The position numbers were made by a program, and so were the translations under genes. The notes beneath the pieces were generated by a model that was given only the letters and a program-made list of their open reading frames with translations, made no database searches and had not been told where the DNA came from. Positions 54,093 through 64,000 of a DNA stretch of 64,000 nucleotides are shown piece after piece (within the stretch, counting starts at the first letter, position 1; every line of letters begins with the position of its first letter). Source of the stretch: Verrucomicrobiia bacterium (GTDB lineage Bacteria > Verrucomicrobiota > Verrucomicrobiia > Limisphaerales > JAEYXS01); assembly GCA_036405135.1 (NCBI GenBank), contig DASWYF010000025.1, positions 17,665 to 81,664 of the forward strand. The letters are read 5' to 3'.

Positions 54093-56660
54093 TCATCCAA
54101 ACAAATCCAACTGCGGCGGGGGCGTAAGCTGTTTCAGCTTCTCACGATCGTGATTCTTGCGCGTGGTGCCTCGGCGGACGTTGCCTTCCGGTGTCAGTTC
54201 GGAATCTTCGAGATTTCCGAGAATCTGTTTCGCCCGTTCGATGACTGATTTGGGCACACCGGCGAGGCGCGCCACCTGGATGCCGTAGCTCTTGTCCGTG
54301 CCGCCTTCCACGATCTTGCGCAGGAAGATGATCTGGTCGTTCCATTCACGCACAGCCACGTTGTAATTCTTCACGCGCGGAAGACGTGCAGAAAGCTCAG
54401 TCAGCTCGTGGTAATGCGTGGCGAAGAGCGTCTTGGCCCCGGATTGATTGTGCAAATGCTCCACGATGGACCACGCGAGGCTCAAACCATCGAATGTGCT
54501 CGTGCCTCGACCGATCTCATCGAGGATGATCAGGCTGCGTTGCGTGGCGTTATTCAGGATGTTCGCCGTCTCGCTCATCTCCACCATGAAGGTGGATTGA
54601 CCACGTGCAAGGTCATCGCTGGCACCGATGCGCGTGAAGATACGGTCCACGAGATCAATACGTGCCTTGCCTGCCGGGATGAACGCGCCCGTATGCGCCA
54701 TGAGCGAAAGCAAGGCCACTTGGCGGATAAAGGTGCTCTTACCCGCCATGTTCGGGCCGGTGATGAGCGCGATCTGCTGCGTGGTGTTGTTCAAGTCTGT
54801 GTCGTTCGGCACGAAACGCTCTTCTGTCACAGTCTGATCCAGCACAGGATGACGGCCATCGCGGATATTCAAAACGCCTTCATTACCCACCTCGGGCCGC
54901 ACATGTTTGTAGAGCCGTGCAGTTTCCGCGAAGGAGGACAGCACATCCACTTGCGCCAGCGCACGCGCGGTTTCTTGGATCTCTGGCAGACGCGCGATCA
55001 CCGCTTCACGCACGCGCAGGAAAATCTCGTATTCCAGCTTGGTGCTGCGCTCTTCCGCACCAAGGATCTTGCCTTCCATCTCTTTCAACGCTGGGGTGAT
55101 GAAGCGTTCGCCATTTGCAATGGTCTGCTTGCGAATGTAATCGGCCGGCACCTTGTCCAAGTTCGACTTGGTGATCTCGATGTAATAGCCGAAAACGGAG
55201 TTGAAGCGGATCTTCAGAGAAGGAATGCCCGTACGCTCGATCTCATCTTGCTGCAGCTTGGCGATCCAGTCCTTGCCATCACGCGTGGCCGAGTGCAATT
55301 CATCCAGATTCGCATCATAACCGGTGCGAATCAGCCCGCCTTCCTTCACCGCGAGCGGCGGTTCATCCACGATAGCACGGGTGATTTCATGCACCACATC
55401 GGGCAATTCACTCAGGCGCGAGGTCAGTTCCGCCAGTAAAGCAGGCGCATGACTCGCCACTTCTTCCTGCAAGGATGGCAATGTCTCAACAGGCGCAGCA
55501 ACTGAAGCCATGGAAGTCAGCAAGCCGCGCAAGGCAGGCACTTGCTCCAAAGCGAGGCGCAGTGCTTGCAGATCGCGGCCATTGCCACTGCCCAGGCTCA
55601 AACGACCAATGGTGCGCTCCAGATCACGCACTTCTTTCAAGCTCGTACGAAGGTCTTCCAAGGCGCGCCCCCCACGGATGAATGTCTCCACCGCTGCCTG
55701 CCGCCAATGGATCGCACTGACCGAAGCGAGCGGTTGCGTGAGCCAATCACGCAGGCGACGTGCGCCCATGGGTGTCACCGTGCGGTTCAAAGCCCCGAAC
55801 AATGAGGCATCACGAGGGCCATCCTTATGAAGAGGCTCCAGAATCTCGAGATTGCGCAACGAAATGGCATCCAGCGTGAGGTAATCACCGCATTCGTAGC
55901 AAGAGAGGCGCGTGAGATGGGAGATATCACGCCGCAGATGTTGCGTAAGGTAGTGTAGGATCGCGCCTGCCGCGCCAGTGGCTGCATTGCGATTCTTAAG
56001 GCCGAAGCCATCGAGCGAAGCGACTTTGAAATGCTCGCGCACGGTGAATTGCGCCGTCTCCACTGCGAAAACCCAGCCATCATAGCCACTCACCACAGCC
56101 AAAGCGCCGGGCAAAAGCTCATTCAACCCCGAATCTTCTGAAGGATGGATGATCTCCGCAGGTCTTAGACGCTCCAACTCACTCAACAATGCCGCCTCTT
56201 CAGTGAGTTCCGTCACTTTAAAGTCACCCGTCGTCAGATCCACGATCGCTAGGCCGATGCTTTTTCCACTGCGATAGATGGCCGCGAGATAGTTGTTCCG
56301 CTCCGCTGTGAGCATGCGCTCATCGAAATGCGTGCCGGGGCTAAGGATCTGCGTCACTTCACGACGCACGAGCTGACCGGGCTTCGCCTCTTCCACTTGA
56401 TCGCAGATGGCGATCTTGCGGCCTGCTTTGAGGATGCGTGAGATGTAGTTGTTCGCGGCATGGAACGGGATGCCGCACATCGGAATCTCACCGCGTTTCG
56501 TCAAAGCGACGTTCAAAAGCTGCGCGCCGAGCTGCGCATCTTCAAAAAACATTTCATAGAAATCACCGAGACGAAACAGCAGCAACGCATCGGGCGGCAA
56601 CTCACTTTTGATGCGGCGGTACTGGGCCATCATCGGTGTTAACTTCGTTTCGCGTGACAT
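54093..56660 (-). CDS. mutS: DNA mismatch repair protein MutS
   Basis: This 855-aa protein begins TPMMAQYRRIKSELPPDALLLFRLGDFYEMFFEDA. It has the Walker A motif ITGPNMAGKSTFIRQVAL, then STFMVEMSETANIL, LDEIGRGTSTFDGLSLA and ATHYHELT. Confidence 0.98.
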   Translation of the reverse strand: MSRETKLTPMMAQYRRIKSELPPDALLLFRLGDFYEMFFEDAQLGAQLLNVALTKRGEIPMCGIPFHAANNYISRILKAGRKIAICDQVEEAKPGQLVRREVTQILSPGTHFDERMLTAERNNYLAAIYRSGKSIGLAIVDLTTGDFKVTELTEEAALLSELERLRPAEIIHPSEDSGLNELLPGALAVVSGYDGWVFAVETAQFTVREHFKVASLDGFGLKNRNAATGAAGAILHYLTQHLRRDISHLTRLSCYECGDYLTLDAISLRNLEILEPLHKDGPRDASLFGALNRTVTPMGARRLRDWLTQPLASVSAIHWRQAAVETFIRGGRALEDLRTSLKEVRDLERTIGRLSLGSGNGRDLQALRLALEQVPALRGLLTSMASVAAPVETLPSLQEEVASHAPALLAELTSRLSELPDVVHEITRAIVDEPPLAVKEGGLIRTGYDANLDELHSATRDGKDWIAKLQQDEIERTGIPSLKIRFNSVFGYYIEITKSNLDKVPADYIRKQTIANGERFITPALKEMEGKILGAEERSTKLEYEIFLRVREAVIARLPEIQETARALAQVDVLSSFAETARLYKHVRPEVGNEGVLNIRDGRHPVLDQTVTEERFVPNDTDLNNTTQQIALITGPNMAGKSTFIRQVALLSLMAHTGAFIPAGKARIDLVDRIFTRIGASDDLARGQSTFMVEMSETANILNNATQRSLIILDEIGRGTSTFDGLSLAWSIVEHLHNQSGAKTLFATHYHELTELSARLPRVKNYNVAVREWNDQIIFLRKIVEGGTDKSYGIQVARLAGVPKSVIERAKQILGNLEDSELTPEGNVRRGTTRKNHDREKLKQLTPPPQLDLFG

Positions 56661-56844
56661 CGTGAAGAGCAGTTTGCGGAAAAATAATCGAACGTCGAAC
56701 GCAAAAAAGTTTGCAAATTATTTTTTGAAGTCTATGAACTACAGCATAGACAGCCTCAAAGAACTGGTTACAAACGCGTGACAAAGCAACTGTCAGAAAA
56801 ATTTTTGAACGGATTTTATCCGAAGCCGAGGGGGGGTGATTTCC

Positions 56845-56916
56845 GTGGCCGCTAAGAAAGCTGCAAAGAAAGCTGCGAAGAAACCCGCCGTTAAGAAAGC
56901 TGCAAAGAAGAAGTAA
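56845..56916 (+). CDS. Mini-ORF encoding a 23-aa Lys/Ala-rich basic peptide (MAAKKAAKKAAKKPAVKKAAKKK)
   Basis: The GTG start at 56845 is preceded by GAGGGGGG (56828-56835). An alternative GTG lies at 56836. The stop is TAA at 56914-56916, and a strong terminator hairpin follows 30 nt downstream. It is too short to appear in the ORF track. Confidence 0.4.
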   Translation: MAAKKAAKKAAKKPAVKKAAKKK

Positions 56917-56944
56917 CCCTTCTCTTTAGCAGATAAGATTCAGA

Positions 56945-56988
56945 GGGAAGTCCTGCTCGGAAACATCTGACAGGACTTCCTTTCGTTT
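56945..56988 (+). terminator. Rho-independent terminator after the Lys/Ala mini-ORF
   Basis: GGAAGTCCTG (56946-56955) pairs perfectly with CAGGACTTCC (56971-56980) and is followed by TTTCGTTT. Confidence 0.75.
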
Positions 56989-57033
56989 CCAGATACTGTC
57001 ATCCTCCCGCCCGGCACAACACATAGAGACACC

Positions 57034-57750
57034 ATGGCTACGCTCATCTTCGACATCGAAACGTCCGCACTGGGGCTCGAACATTTCGACGACGTGCAGA
57101 TCGAATATCTCTTCCGCGAAGCCGAAAAGATCCCGGATGAAGAAGCCCGTGCGCAGAAAAAGAACGAGATCGAGCGCATGTTCAGCCTGTGGCCCTTCAC
57201 CGCACAAGTGGTGTGCATCGCCATGCTGAATGCGGATTCCCAACGTGGCCAGGTGCTCTATCTGGCGGAAGATTTCGAAGATACCGGTGACAATGAAGCC
57301 GTTGAATTCGTGCCTTTTGCCGATGAATCCGAACTGATCACCGCCTTTTGGGATGTGGCGAAGCATTACGACTCCGTGGTGACGTTCAACGGACGCGGCT
57401 TTGATGTCCCCTTCATGTATCTGCGTTCCGCTGTGCTGAATGTGCCCATCTCCAAAAAGAACTGGCTCGGTTACCGTTATCAGATCGAGCCGCATTGCGA
57501 TCTGGCGGAGCAATTGACCTTCTACAACGTAAGCGGACGCGAAGGCGCCGCGCGCAAATTCAACCTGGATTTCTACTGCAAGGCGTTCGGCATCGAATCG
57601 CCCAAGAGCCATGGCGTCACGGGAATGGACATCAACAACATGATGGCCGAGGGAAGGCATCGCGAGATCGCGGAATATTGCCTGCGTGATGTGCGCGCAA
57701 CGGTGTCGCTCTACAAGATCTGGAAGGAGCGGCTCGGCGGAATCAAATAA
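57034..57750 (+). CDS. RNase H-fold 3'-5' exonuclease (PolB-exonuclease-like, COG3298-type)
   Basis: It has the Exo I motif MATLIFDIETSA, then ...VVTFNGRGFDVPFM... (Exo II) and ...EYCLRDVRATVSLY... (Exo III). Confidence 0.75.
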   Translation: MATLIFDIETSALGLEHFDDVQIEYLFREAEKIPDEEARAQKKNEIERMFSLWPFTAQVVCIAMLNADSQRGQVLYLAEDFEDTGDNEAVEFVPFADESELITAFWDVAKHYDSVVTFNGRGFDVPFMYLRSAVLNVPISKKNWLGYRYQIEPHCDLAEQLTFYNVSGREGAARKFNLDFYCKAFGIESPKSHGVTGMDINNMMAEGRHREIAEYCLRDVRATVSLYKIWKERLGGIK

Positions 57751-58071
57751 GGGGCAAGGTGAGAAGAGCGAAGGACGACTTCATGCGTCACGAAAAAGTT
57801 TCCAACTTGCGCTTGTCAGAGTCCAGATGTGGTACTAAATTTCGCTCGTGCAGTTAAGCCGGGTTTTCAACAACCAAAGCTTGTCAAAGCTGAAGGCTCA
57901 CTTTCTGTCCCTCACTCCCATAGTCCCGGCGGTTTCACTGAAATGTTTGTGGAACCAGTTTTTCAGCAGGCTTAACCATCAACTCAACCCTGACCGTTCG
58001 TTGGTGCCGGTCCGTTCCTCTGACGTAGGCAGGAAATATTTGCCACGGCGCGGCGAGACAACACAGCAGCT

Positions 58072-58740
58072 ATGATACAACTTTACGGAGTCGATTACAG
58101 CCCGTTCGTCATCGTTCAGCGTCGCATCCTCGAGTTCGGCAAGGTCCCCTTCAAGACGGTCAAAGTCCCCTACCATGACCGCTCCATCATCTGGAAACTG
58201 ACCAAGCAGCGTTATTATCAGGTGCCGGTATTGAAGGATGGCAAGCAGGTGATCTTCGAGACACAGGAAGACTCGCAAGTCATCGCCAAGTATCTGGATA
58301 ACAAATTTGAACTCGGCCTTTTCCCGCGTGAATTGCGCGGATTGCAAAGCATTCTCTGGCGTTACATCGAGAATGACATTGAAGGTCTGGGCTTCAAACT
58401 GAATGACATCTATTACCGTGAGTTCATCCCCACGGTGAGTCATCTTGGCTTTCTGCGGCACAAGGAACGCAAGTTCGGCCGCGGCTGCATCGATCTCTGG
58501 CGAGCGCAGCAGAAACTGCTCGTCGCCGAACTCGGCGCCAAGCTGGCGCCTTTCGAACAGATGCTGTTCGATCGTCCATATCTCCTGGACAACCGGCCCC
58601 GATTTGTCGACTTCGACCTGTTCGGCATACTCGGGAACTACCTCTACAGCGGTCATTACCGCTTGCCCGCCGAGCACACCCAGCTCCAGGCGTGGTACAA
58701 GCGGATGGTCAAAATCAAACTGGCGGAATTGCCTAAGTGA
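58072..58740 (+). CDS. Glutathione S-transferase-like (thioredoxin-fold N-domain) protein
   Basis: MIQLYGVDYSPFVIVQRRILEFGKVPFKTVKV...YYQVPVLKDGKQVIFETQEDSQVIAKYLD has the GST_N pattern (...vPvL.dg...l.eS..I..YL). Confidence 0.7.
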   Translation: MIQLYGVDYSPFVIVQRRILEFGKVPFKTVKVPYHDRSIIWKLTKQRYYQVPVLKDGKQVIFETQEDSQVIAKYLDNKFELGLFPRELRGLQSILWRYIENDIEGLGFKLNDIYYREFIPTVSHLGFLRHKERKFGRGCIDLWRAQQKLLVAELGAKLAPFEQMLFDRPYLLDNRPRFVDFDLFGILGNYLYSGHYRLPAEHTQLQAWYKRMVKIKLAELPK

Positions 58741-60041
58741 AAAACTACATCCTCGACACCAACGTACTCCTCCACGACCCCCACTCCCTCCTGAACTTTC
58801 AGGAGAACAATGTCTTCATCCCCATCGAGGTGATCGAAGAGATTGACCGCTTCAAGCGAGAATCCTCCGAACTCGGACAGCACGCGCGCATGGTCTCGCG
58901 CATGATGGATGGATTCCGCGAGACGGGCAGCCTGAGCGAAGGCGTCAAGCTCCCCAACGGTGGCAAGCTGACCATCATTTTCAAGGATAAGAATGGTGCC
59001 GGAGCTGCCCCCATCAGCAACACGGTGGACAGCAAGATCGTTTCCCGTGCGCTGGATGTTCAGGCCGTCGACAAGAAGGTGCGGACCATCTTGGTCACGA
59101 AGGACATCAACCTGCGCATCAAGGCAGATGCGAGCGGTCTGCCAGCGGAAGATTATGAGACAGATCAGGTAAACATCTCGGACCTCTACACGGGCATGAC
59201 GGAAAAAACCGTCTCTGCTGATGTCCTGGCCAAGTTCCGTGCCGATGAAGAACTCGAGCTGGACTCCTCCATGCGTTATAGCCCGAGCGAGTACTGCACA
59301 CTCATTGATGAGGCGAATCCCAAGCGTACCGCGTTGACCAAGGTAGATCCGACGGGCAAAAAGCTCATCCCTATCGTGGATGTTCGTGAGGGCGTCTGGG
59401 GAATCAAGCCACGCAACCGTGAACAGCATTTCGCATTCGATGCGTTGCTGGATGACCGGATCAAGCTCGTCACGTTGATGGGCAAAGCGGGCACGGGCAA
59501 GACGCTCATGGCGATGGCAGCGGGATTGAAGCGCACCATCATGGACCGTGAGTTCCGCCGTGTGATCGTGGCGCGTCCGACGATCTCCATGGGCAAAGAG
59601 ATCGGTTTCCTGCCGGGCACGCTGGAAGAGAAATTGAATCCGTGGATGCAGCCCATTCATGACGCGCTGGAGCTCTTGAGCGATCTGAACATGGGCAACG
59701 AGCATCGCCGCAGCGGCGATCTGATGCGTTCGGGTTCCATCGTGGTGGAGGCGCTAAGTTTCATCCGCGGTCGCAGCATCGCGAATCAGTACATGATCAT
59801 CGATGAAGCGCAGAACCTGACGCCGCTGGAAGTGAAGACGATCATCACGCGCGCAGGTGAAGGCACGAAGATCATTCTCACCGGCGATCCTTACCAGATC
59901 GACAATCCGTACGTGGACTCCTCCTCCAACGGCTTCAACTATATCGTGAGCCGCTTCCGTCCGCATGCCATTGCGGCCCATATCGAGCTGCAGAAGGGTG
60001 AACGCTCGGAACTCGCGGAACTGGCGGCGAACATCCTTTAG
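58737..60041 (+). CDS. PIN-domain / PhoH-like ATPase fusion (PhoH2/YlaK-type)
   Basis: The N-terminal PIN domain reads KNYILDTNVLLHDPHSLLNF..NNVFIPIEVIEEID. The PhoH core has the Walker A motif LMGKAGTGKTLMAMA, followed by ...IIDEAQNLTPLEVKTIITRAGEGTKIILTGDPYQID. The GTG start overlaps the GST stop (GTGA). Confidence 0.85.
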   Translation: MKNYILDTNVLLHDPHSLLNFQENNVFIPIEVIEEIDRFKRESSELGQHARMVSRMMDGFRETGSLSEGVKLPNGGKLTIIFKDKNGAGAAPISNTVDSKIVSRALDVQAVDKKVRTILVTKDINLRIKADASGLPAEDYETDQVNISDLYTGMTEKTVSADVLAKFRADEELELDSSMRYSPSEYCTLIDEANPKRTALTKVDPTGKKLIPIVDVREGVWGIKPRNREQHFAFDALLDDRIKLVTLMGKAGTGKTLMAMAAGLKRTIMDREFRRVIVARPTISMGKEIGFLPGTLEEKLNPWMQPIHDALELLSDLNMGNEHRRSGDLMRSGSIVVEALSFIRGRSIANQYMIIDEAQNLTPLEVKTIITRAGEGTKIILTGDPYQIDNPYVDSSSNGFNYIVSRFRPHAIAAHIELQKGERSELAELAANIL

Positions 60042-60196
60042 GCACTACCAAAAGATACGCAGAAAGCTGGTGCAATCTTGCACTGGCAACTGCCAAAATC
60101 CGGTTGGCAGGAACTGGATTTTCACGTGACGCTTTGTTTGGGGCCGGGAATAGTCAGGCGGAGCTCTGCTCTGCCTTTTCAGGCCTGAAAAAGCAC

Positions 60197-63100
60197 ATGG
60201 TCAGGCCCAGTTTACAAAGTACAGAACCTGTCAAGAGGCGCTCGGCAGCAGCAGATGCCAAGCGCATGGCCCTGATCTATGGCTTCGTTGGAGGCTTCTG
60301 GATCATCCTATCGGACTTGCTGGTGAATCACTTCACGGAGACCCGTTTCGGGGATGACGTGGGGGACATGGGCAAAGGACTGCTCTTCGTTTTCATCACG
60401 GCGTTCGTCCTTTGGAGGCTGTTGCTCAAGGAATTGGTGCGGCGCGAGGAGATCACCCAGGAGGCTTTGCTTTATCAGCATCTCACAGAGTCATCTCATG
60501 ACGCCATCTTCATGCTCGACCCGGAAAACCAATTCCGGATCGTCTACGCGAATGAGGCGGCAGTGAAGCATTTTGGCCATCCGCGCGAGCATCTCATGAC
60601 GTTGCTGGTGCATGAGTGGAGTCCCACCTCCACCTTGGAACTGGCCGCGAAGATGTGGACGCGTATCCAAAACGAAGGTCATATCGGGTTTGACTCCACA
60701 CATGTGCTGGCAGACAAGCGGATCGTGCCAGTGGAGGTCTCGGCCAACAAAGTGGTTTTCTGCGGGAAAGAATATCTGGCCGGTTCGTGGCGCAATATTT
60801 CGGAACGAAAACAGGCTGAAGCTGCTTTGCGTGAATCCCATCAACGCTATGAACTGGCATTGCAAGGCGCGGGCTTGGGTGCTTGGGATTGGAACATCCA
60901 GACGGGAAAGCTGATCCTTAACCGCCGCTGGGCTGAGATGTTGGGCTACAAGCTGGAGGAGTTGGATCTGACATTGGAGGCGTGGAGGAATCTGATCCAC
61001 CCGGAAGACCTCCCGGCATCACAAAAAGCATGGGCCGATCATCTAACCGGCCTCACCGAACATTATACAGCCAAGATGCGGATGAAGACCAAGGCCGGCG
61101 GCTGGCTTTGGGTGATGAACACAGGCCGAGTCTTTGAAAGGGATGCCGCAGGCAAGCCTCTGCGTGCGCTCGGCACGCACCAGGATATCGATGTGCCGAA
61201 ACGGGCGAAGCAAGCACTGGACGAGCAGCGCATGATGCTGGAGAGCATCCTGAACTCCGTGCCGCAGGGCATCTTCTGGAAGGACAGGAACAGCATATAC
61301 TTGGGATGCAACAGGGTTTTTGCCAAAGCGGCAGGTTTGAAGAAACCTTCAGATATCATCGACCAGAATGATTTCGAACTGCCTTGGGGATCGAAAGAGG
61401 CGAAAAATTACGTGGCGGATGACCGGAGCGTGATGGAAACACGGACTCCCAAGATGAACATCATCGAACCCATCACGATGGCAGACGGTTCATTTCGCTG
61501 GGTAACAACATCGAAGACGCCACTGATCGGAAATGGTGGTGAGGTGTTTGGTATACTCGGTGTGTTCGAGGACATCACCGAGCGCAGGCAAGCACAGGAA
61601 GCTTTGCAGAGAAACGAACAGCTTTTCAGCGGTGTATACAACAGTTCGTCCGATGCGCTGTTCCTGGTGGATTGGGATACGCGGCTTATCACGGACTGCA
61701 ATGCACAGGCGCTCAGGATTTTCGAGGCGAATTCCAAGGAGGAAGTCATCGGCCAGGCAGGGCATCAGTGGCATCGAATCCCCAGAACGGAGGAGCGGGC
61801 ACGTCAGTCTCATGAGACGGTCGCAGCGGGGCGTGAATGGACTGAGGAGGTGGAATACAAAACGCTGAAGGGAAAATTCTTTTGGGGATTGTTTGCGGCC
61901 AGAAAGCTGGATTTGCCGGACAGCCGGACGGCGTTGGTGCGCATCACGGACATCACGTCACTGAAACGGATGCAGCAGCAGTTGCGGCAGGAGCGCGATT
62001 TCTCGCGTTGGACGATGGATGTTCTGCCCGGCGTCTTCTATGTCATCGAGGCGGACGGACGCATCCGGGCGTGGAACCCGCAATTGGAACGCGTCACCGG
62101 CCGAAATGCAGACCAGCTTAAAGGCGTGAACTGCATGGAGGTGCTCCATCCCGAAGACCATGCCCATACCATGCAGGCCATTGAAGCGGTATTCCGCAAC
62201 GGGGAGGCGCAAGCGGAGGCGCGTCTCGTGGCACTGGATGGCACAGAACATCCGCATCATTTCCATGGCCGCCGCATCGAGATGGATGGACGTCCTTGTA
62301 TCTTGGGCATAGGCATCGACACATCCGAGCGTAAGCGCAATGAAGCACGTTTGCTTCTGCAGGAATCTGCGCTCAATGCCGCGGCCAACGGCATCGTCAT
62401 CACCAATTCCGAAGGCAAAATCGTGTGGTCAAATCCCGCGTTCAGCGCGCTCACCGGCTACGCGGCAGAAGAAGTGAGCGGCCTCACGCATCAAGTTTTG
62501 AAGTCGGGACGACAGGGAGGAGATTTTTATCAAAAACTGTGGCAGACGATTTCAACCGGTGAAGTTTGGCGGGGCGAACTCATCAACCGACGCAAGGATG
62601 GCACATTGTACGATGAGGAGATGACCATCACTCCGGTGCGGGGATCGGATGGCAAGGTGATAAACTTCATCGCCATCAAGCAGGACATCTCGCAGCGCAA
62701 GCAGATGGAAGCGCAGTATCTGCGGGCGCAACGCATGGAAGGCATTGGCATGCTGGCTGGTGGCATCGCGCACGACCTGAACAATGTGCTGGCACCGATC
62801 CTGATGTCCATTCAGCTCTTGCAAGAGATGCATCCGGACGATGACACGCGGGAGATTCTGCAAAGTTTGCAGGATTCTGCCCAACGCGGAGCCGACATCG
62901 TCCGTCAGGTGCTGACATTCGCACGGGGCATCAAGGGGGAACGATTGCTGGTAGCTCCGAAGCACCTGATCAAAGACATGGGACGTGTGGCACAGGAAGC
63001 GTTCCCCAGAAATATACGAGTCTCCACAGACATTCCGAATGACCTATGGAGCGTGACGGGTGATCCGACGCAATTGCATCAAGTATTGTTAAACCTCTCC

Positions 63101-63910
63101 ATCAATGCGCGCGATGCGATGCCTGACGGCGGCACACTGCAGATCAAAGCCCATAATGAGACTGTGAAAAATTTACAGAGCGAACTGGGCATGCAGATCG
63201 CGGACGGAGATTATATGGTGGTATCGGTGAAAGACTCAGGCATGGGCATTCCTCCGGAATTGCATGAACGGATTTTCGAGCCATTCTTTACAACAAAAGA
63301 GCAAGGCAAAGGGACGGGATTGGGCCTGTCCACGGTGATGGGCATCGTGAAGAGTCATCATGGCTATCTGCGGATCGTCAGCGAATTGGGGAAAGGCGCG
63401 GAGTTCATGGTTTATTTGCCGGCGGTCAAAGATGCGGTTTCACACGTAGCGGTGATCGAGAAGACAGCTCCGCCACAGGGCCACGGCGAACTGATCCTGG
63501 TGGTGGATGATGAACCGGCCATTGTGGATGTAGCCCGTGATATTTTGGTAAGACATGGGTATCGGGTACTGACAGCCTCCGATGGCACGGAAGCCCTTAC
63601 CCAGATCGCACAAAACCACGGCAAGGTGCATCTGGTGGTAACGGACATCATGATGCCCTTCATGGATGGTGTCGCGTTGGTGCGAAGTTTGAGACGGATG
63701 GCACCAACCATCAAGGTGATCGCGGCCAGCGGACTCGCCTCTGGCGCATCAATGGTGAACAAGGTGGATGAACTGCGACGTCTGGGAGTTCCGCCGATCA
63801 TGCACAAGCCGTTCTCGGCTGAAAAGTTGCTGAATAATATCAGCTTGGTCTTGAGCGGCGAAACGCTTGAGCCTGAACCATCAGACCGGTCTTCTTCGTC
63901 TCAAAGGTAG
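60197..63910 (+). CDS. Hybrid sensor histidine kinase / response regulator with multiple PAS domains
   Basis: An N-terminal TM segment is followed by at least 5 PAS/PAC-like units (e.g. ...[16 protein letters not shown]..., ...[16 protein letters not shown]..., ...[20 protein letters not shown]). The HisKA H-box is [13 protein letters not shown]. The HATPase N, G1 and G2 boxes are [18 protein letters not shown] and GTGLGLS. The C-terminal receiver domain reads LVVDDEPAI...[12 protein letters not shown]. The track ORF starts at 60104. ATG 60197 is the first ATG. Confidence 0.85.
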   Translation: MVRPSLQSTEPVKRRSAAADAKRMALIYGFVGGFWIILSDLLVNHFTETRFGDDVGDMGKGLLFVFITAFVLWRLLLKELVRREEITQEALLYQHLTESSHDAIFMLDPENQFRIVYANEAAVKHFGHPREHLMTLLVHEWSPTSTLELAAKMWTRIQNEGHIGFDSTHVLADKRIVPVEVSANKVVFCGKEYLAGSWRNISERKQAEAALRESHQRYELALQGAGLGAWDWNIQTGKLILNRRWAEMLGYKLEELDLTLEAWRNLIHPEDLPASQKAWADHLTGLTEHYTAKMRMKTKAGGWLWVMNTGRVFERDAAGKPLRALGTHQDIDVPKRAKQALDEQRMMLESILNSVPQGIFWKDRNSIYLGCNRVFAKAAGLKKPSDIIDQNDFELPWGSKEAKNYVADDRSVMETRTPKMNIIEPITMADGSFRWVTTSKTPLIGNGGEVFGILGVFEDITERRQAQEALQRNEQLFSGVYNSSSDALFLVDWDTRLITDCNAQALRIFEANSKEEVIGQAGHQWHRIPRTEERARQSHETVAAGREWTEEVEYKTLKGKFFWGLFAARKLDLPDSRTALVRITDITSLKRMQQQLRQERDFSRWTMDVLPGVFYVIEADGRIRAWNPQLERVTGRNADQLKGVNCMEVLHPEDHAHTMQAIEAVFRNGEAQAEARLVALDGTEHPHHFHGRRIEMDGRPCILGIGIDTSERKRNEARLLLQESALNAAANGIVITNSEGKIVWSNPAFSALTGYAAEEVSGLTHQVLKSGRQGGDFYQKLWQTISTGEVWRGELINRRKDGTLYDEEMTITPVRGSDGKVINFIAIKQDISQRKQMEAQYLRAQRMEGIGMLAGGIAHDLNNVLAPILMSIQLLQEMHPDDDTREILQSLQDSAQRGADIVRQVLTFARGIKGERLLVAPKHLIKDMGRVAQEAFPRNIRVSTDIPNDLWSVTGDPTQLHQVLLNLSINARDAMPDGGTLQIKAHNETVKNLQSELGMQIADGDYMVVSVKDSGMGIPPELHERIFEPFFTTKEQGKGTGLGLSTVMGIVKSHHGYLRIVSELGKGAEFMVYLPAVKDAVSHVAVIEKTAPPQGHGELILVVDDEPAIVDVARDILVRHGYRVLTASDGTEALTQIAQNHGKVHLVVTDIMMPFMDGVALVRSLRRMAPTIKVIAASGLASGASMVNKVDELRRLGVPPIMHKPFSAEKLLNNISLVLSGETLEPEPSDRSSSSQR

Positions 63911-64000
63911 TTCTGCGTTACGTCGCACGCGTTGACACCGCCTCGCCCACGTCCTAGGTTGACCGGACCATATGAGCGCCTTACTGGAGTCCTTGATCGA

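Noticed and set aside
54408-55439. 343-aa + strand ORF
   Set aside because: It is antisense to mutS.
57751-58071. Possible small RNA gene (SRP or 6S-like) in the 321-nt gap before the GST-like gene
   Set aside because: I could not find the conserved SRP helix-8 motif (GGAAGCAGCC-type) or any other recognisable RNA family signature on either strand. It is probably just a promoter plus 5'-UTR.
63972-64000. ATG at 63972 opening a new + strand ORF (MSALLESLI...)
   Set aside because: Only 29 nt are inside the window, which is too little to support a call.

Overview
This 64-kb window looks like ordinary chromosome from a moderately GC-rich member of the PVC superphylum, most likely Verrucomicrobiota. 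That inference rests on gene content: a PVC-type CxxCH heme-binding protein, a DUF1592/DUF1552-type pair, a DUF1080-type protein, an FG-GAP protein, a sulfatase and a pilin-like ...CIANLKMIDGATQQWALE... domain.

I support about 45 protein genes. They include katG, mutS, hrpB, a PQQ dehydrogenase with an inserted cytochrome c, a TrkH/KtrB-family K+ transporter, an ECF sigma factor fused to a large membrane domain, a methyltransferase/GT2 plus YfhO-like glycosylation cluster, a PIN-PhoH ATPase and a large multi-PAS hybrid histidine kinase. There is also one tRNA-Gly(CCC) and one c-di-AMP (ydaO-yuaA class) riboswitch in front of the K+ transporter. I saw no rRNA, CRISPR array, transposase, integrase or phage genes.

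The unusual signals are mostly non-genic or micro-genic:
- A conserved upstream module with a GGACA-N5-TGTCC palindrome occurs in three copies. Two copies carry a paralogous small ORF whose 44-codon core differs by 14 synonymous versus 4 non-synonymous codon changes. All three copies sit upstream of large exported-protein genes.
- A perfect (GTTCGAT)x25 heptanucleotide array is an expansion of a dispersed intergenic element.
- Several families of 'stutter' intergenic elements recur.
- A 225-bp nested palindromic element has a solo partial copy elsewhere that shows compensatory stem changes.
- A 23-codon Lys/Ala-rich mini-gene has its own Shine-Dalgarno (SD) sequence and terminator.
- A 911-aa ECF sigma factor is fused to a polytopic membrane domain.

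Many long ORFs in the supplied track are antisense shadow frames of real genes and were rejected. All calls come from reading the sequence and from remembered family signatures. No database search was run.
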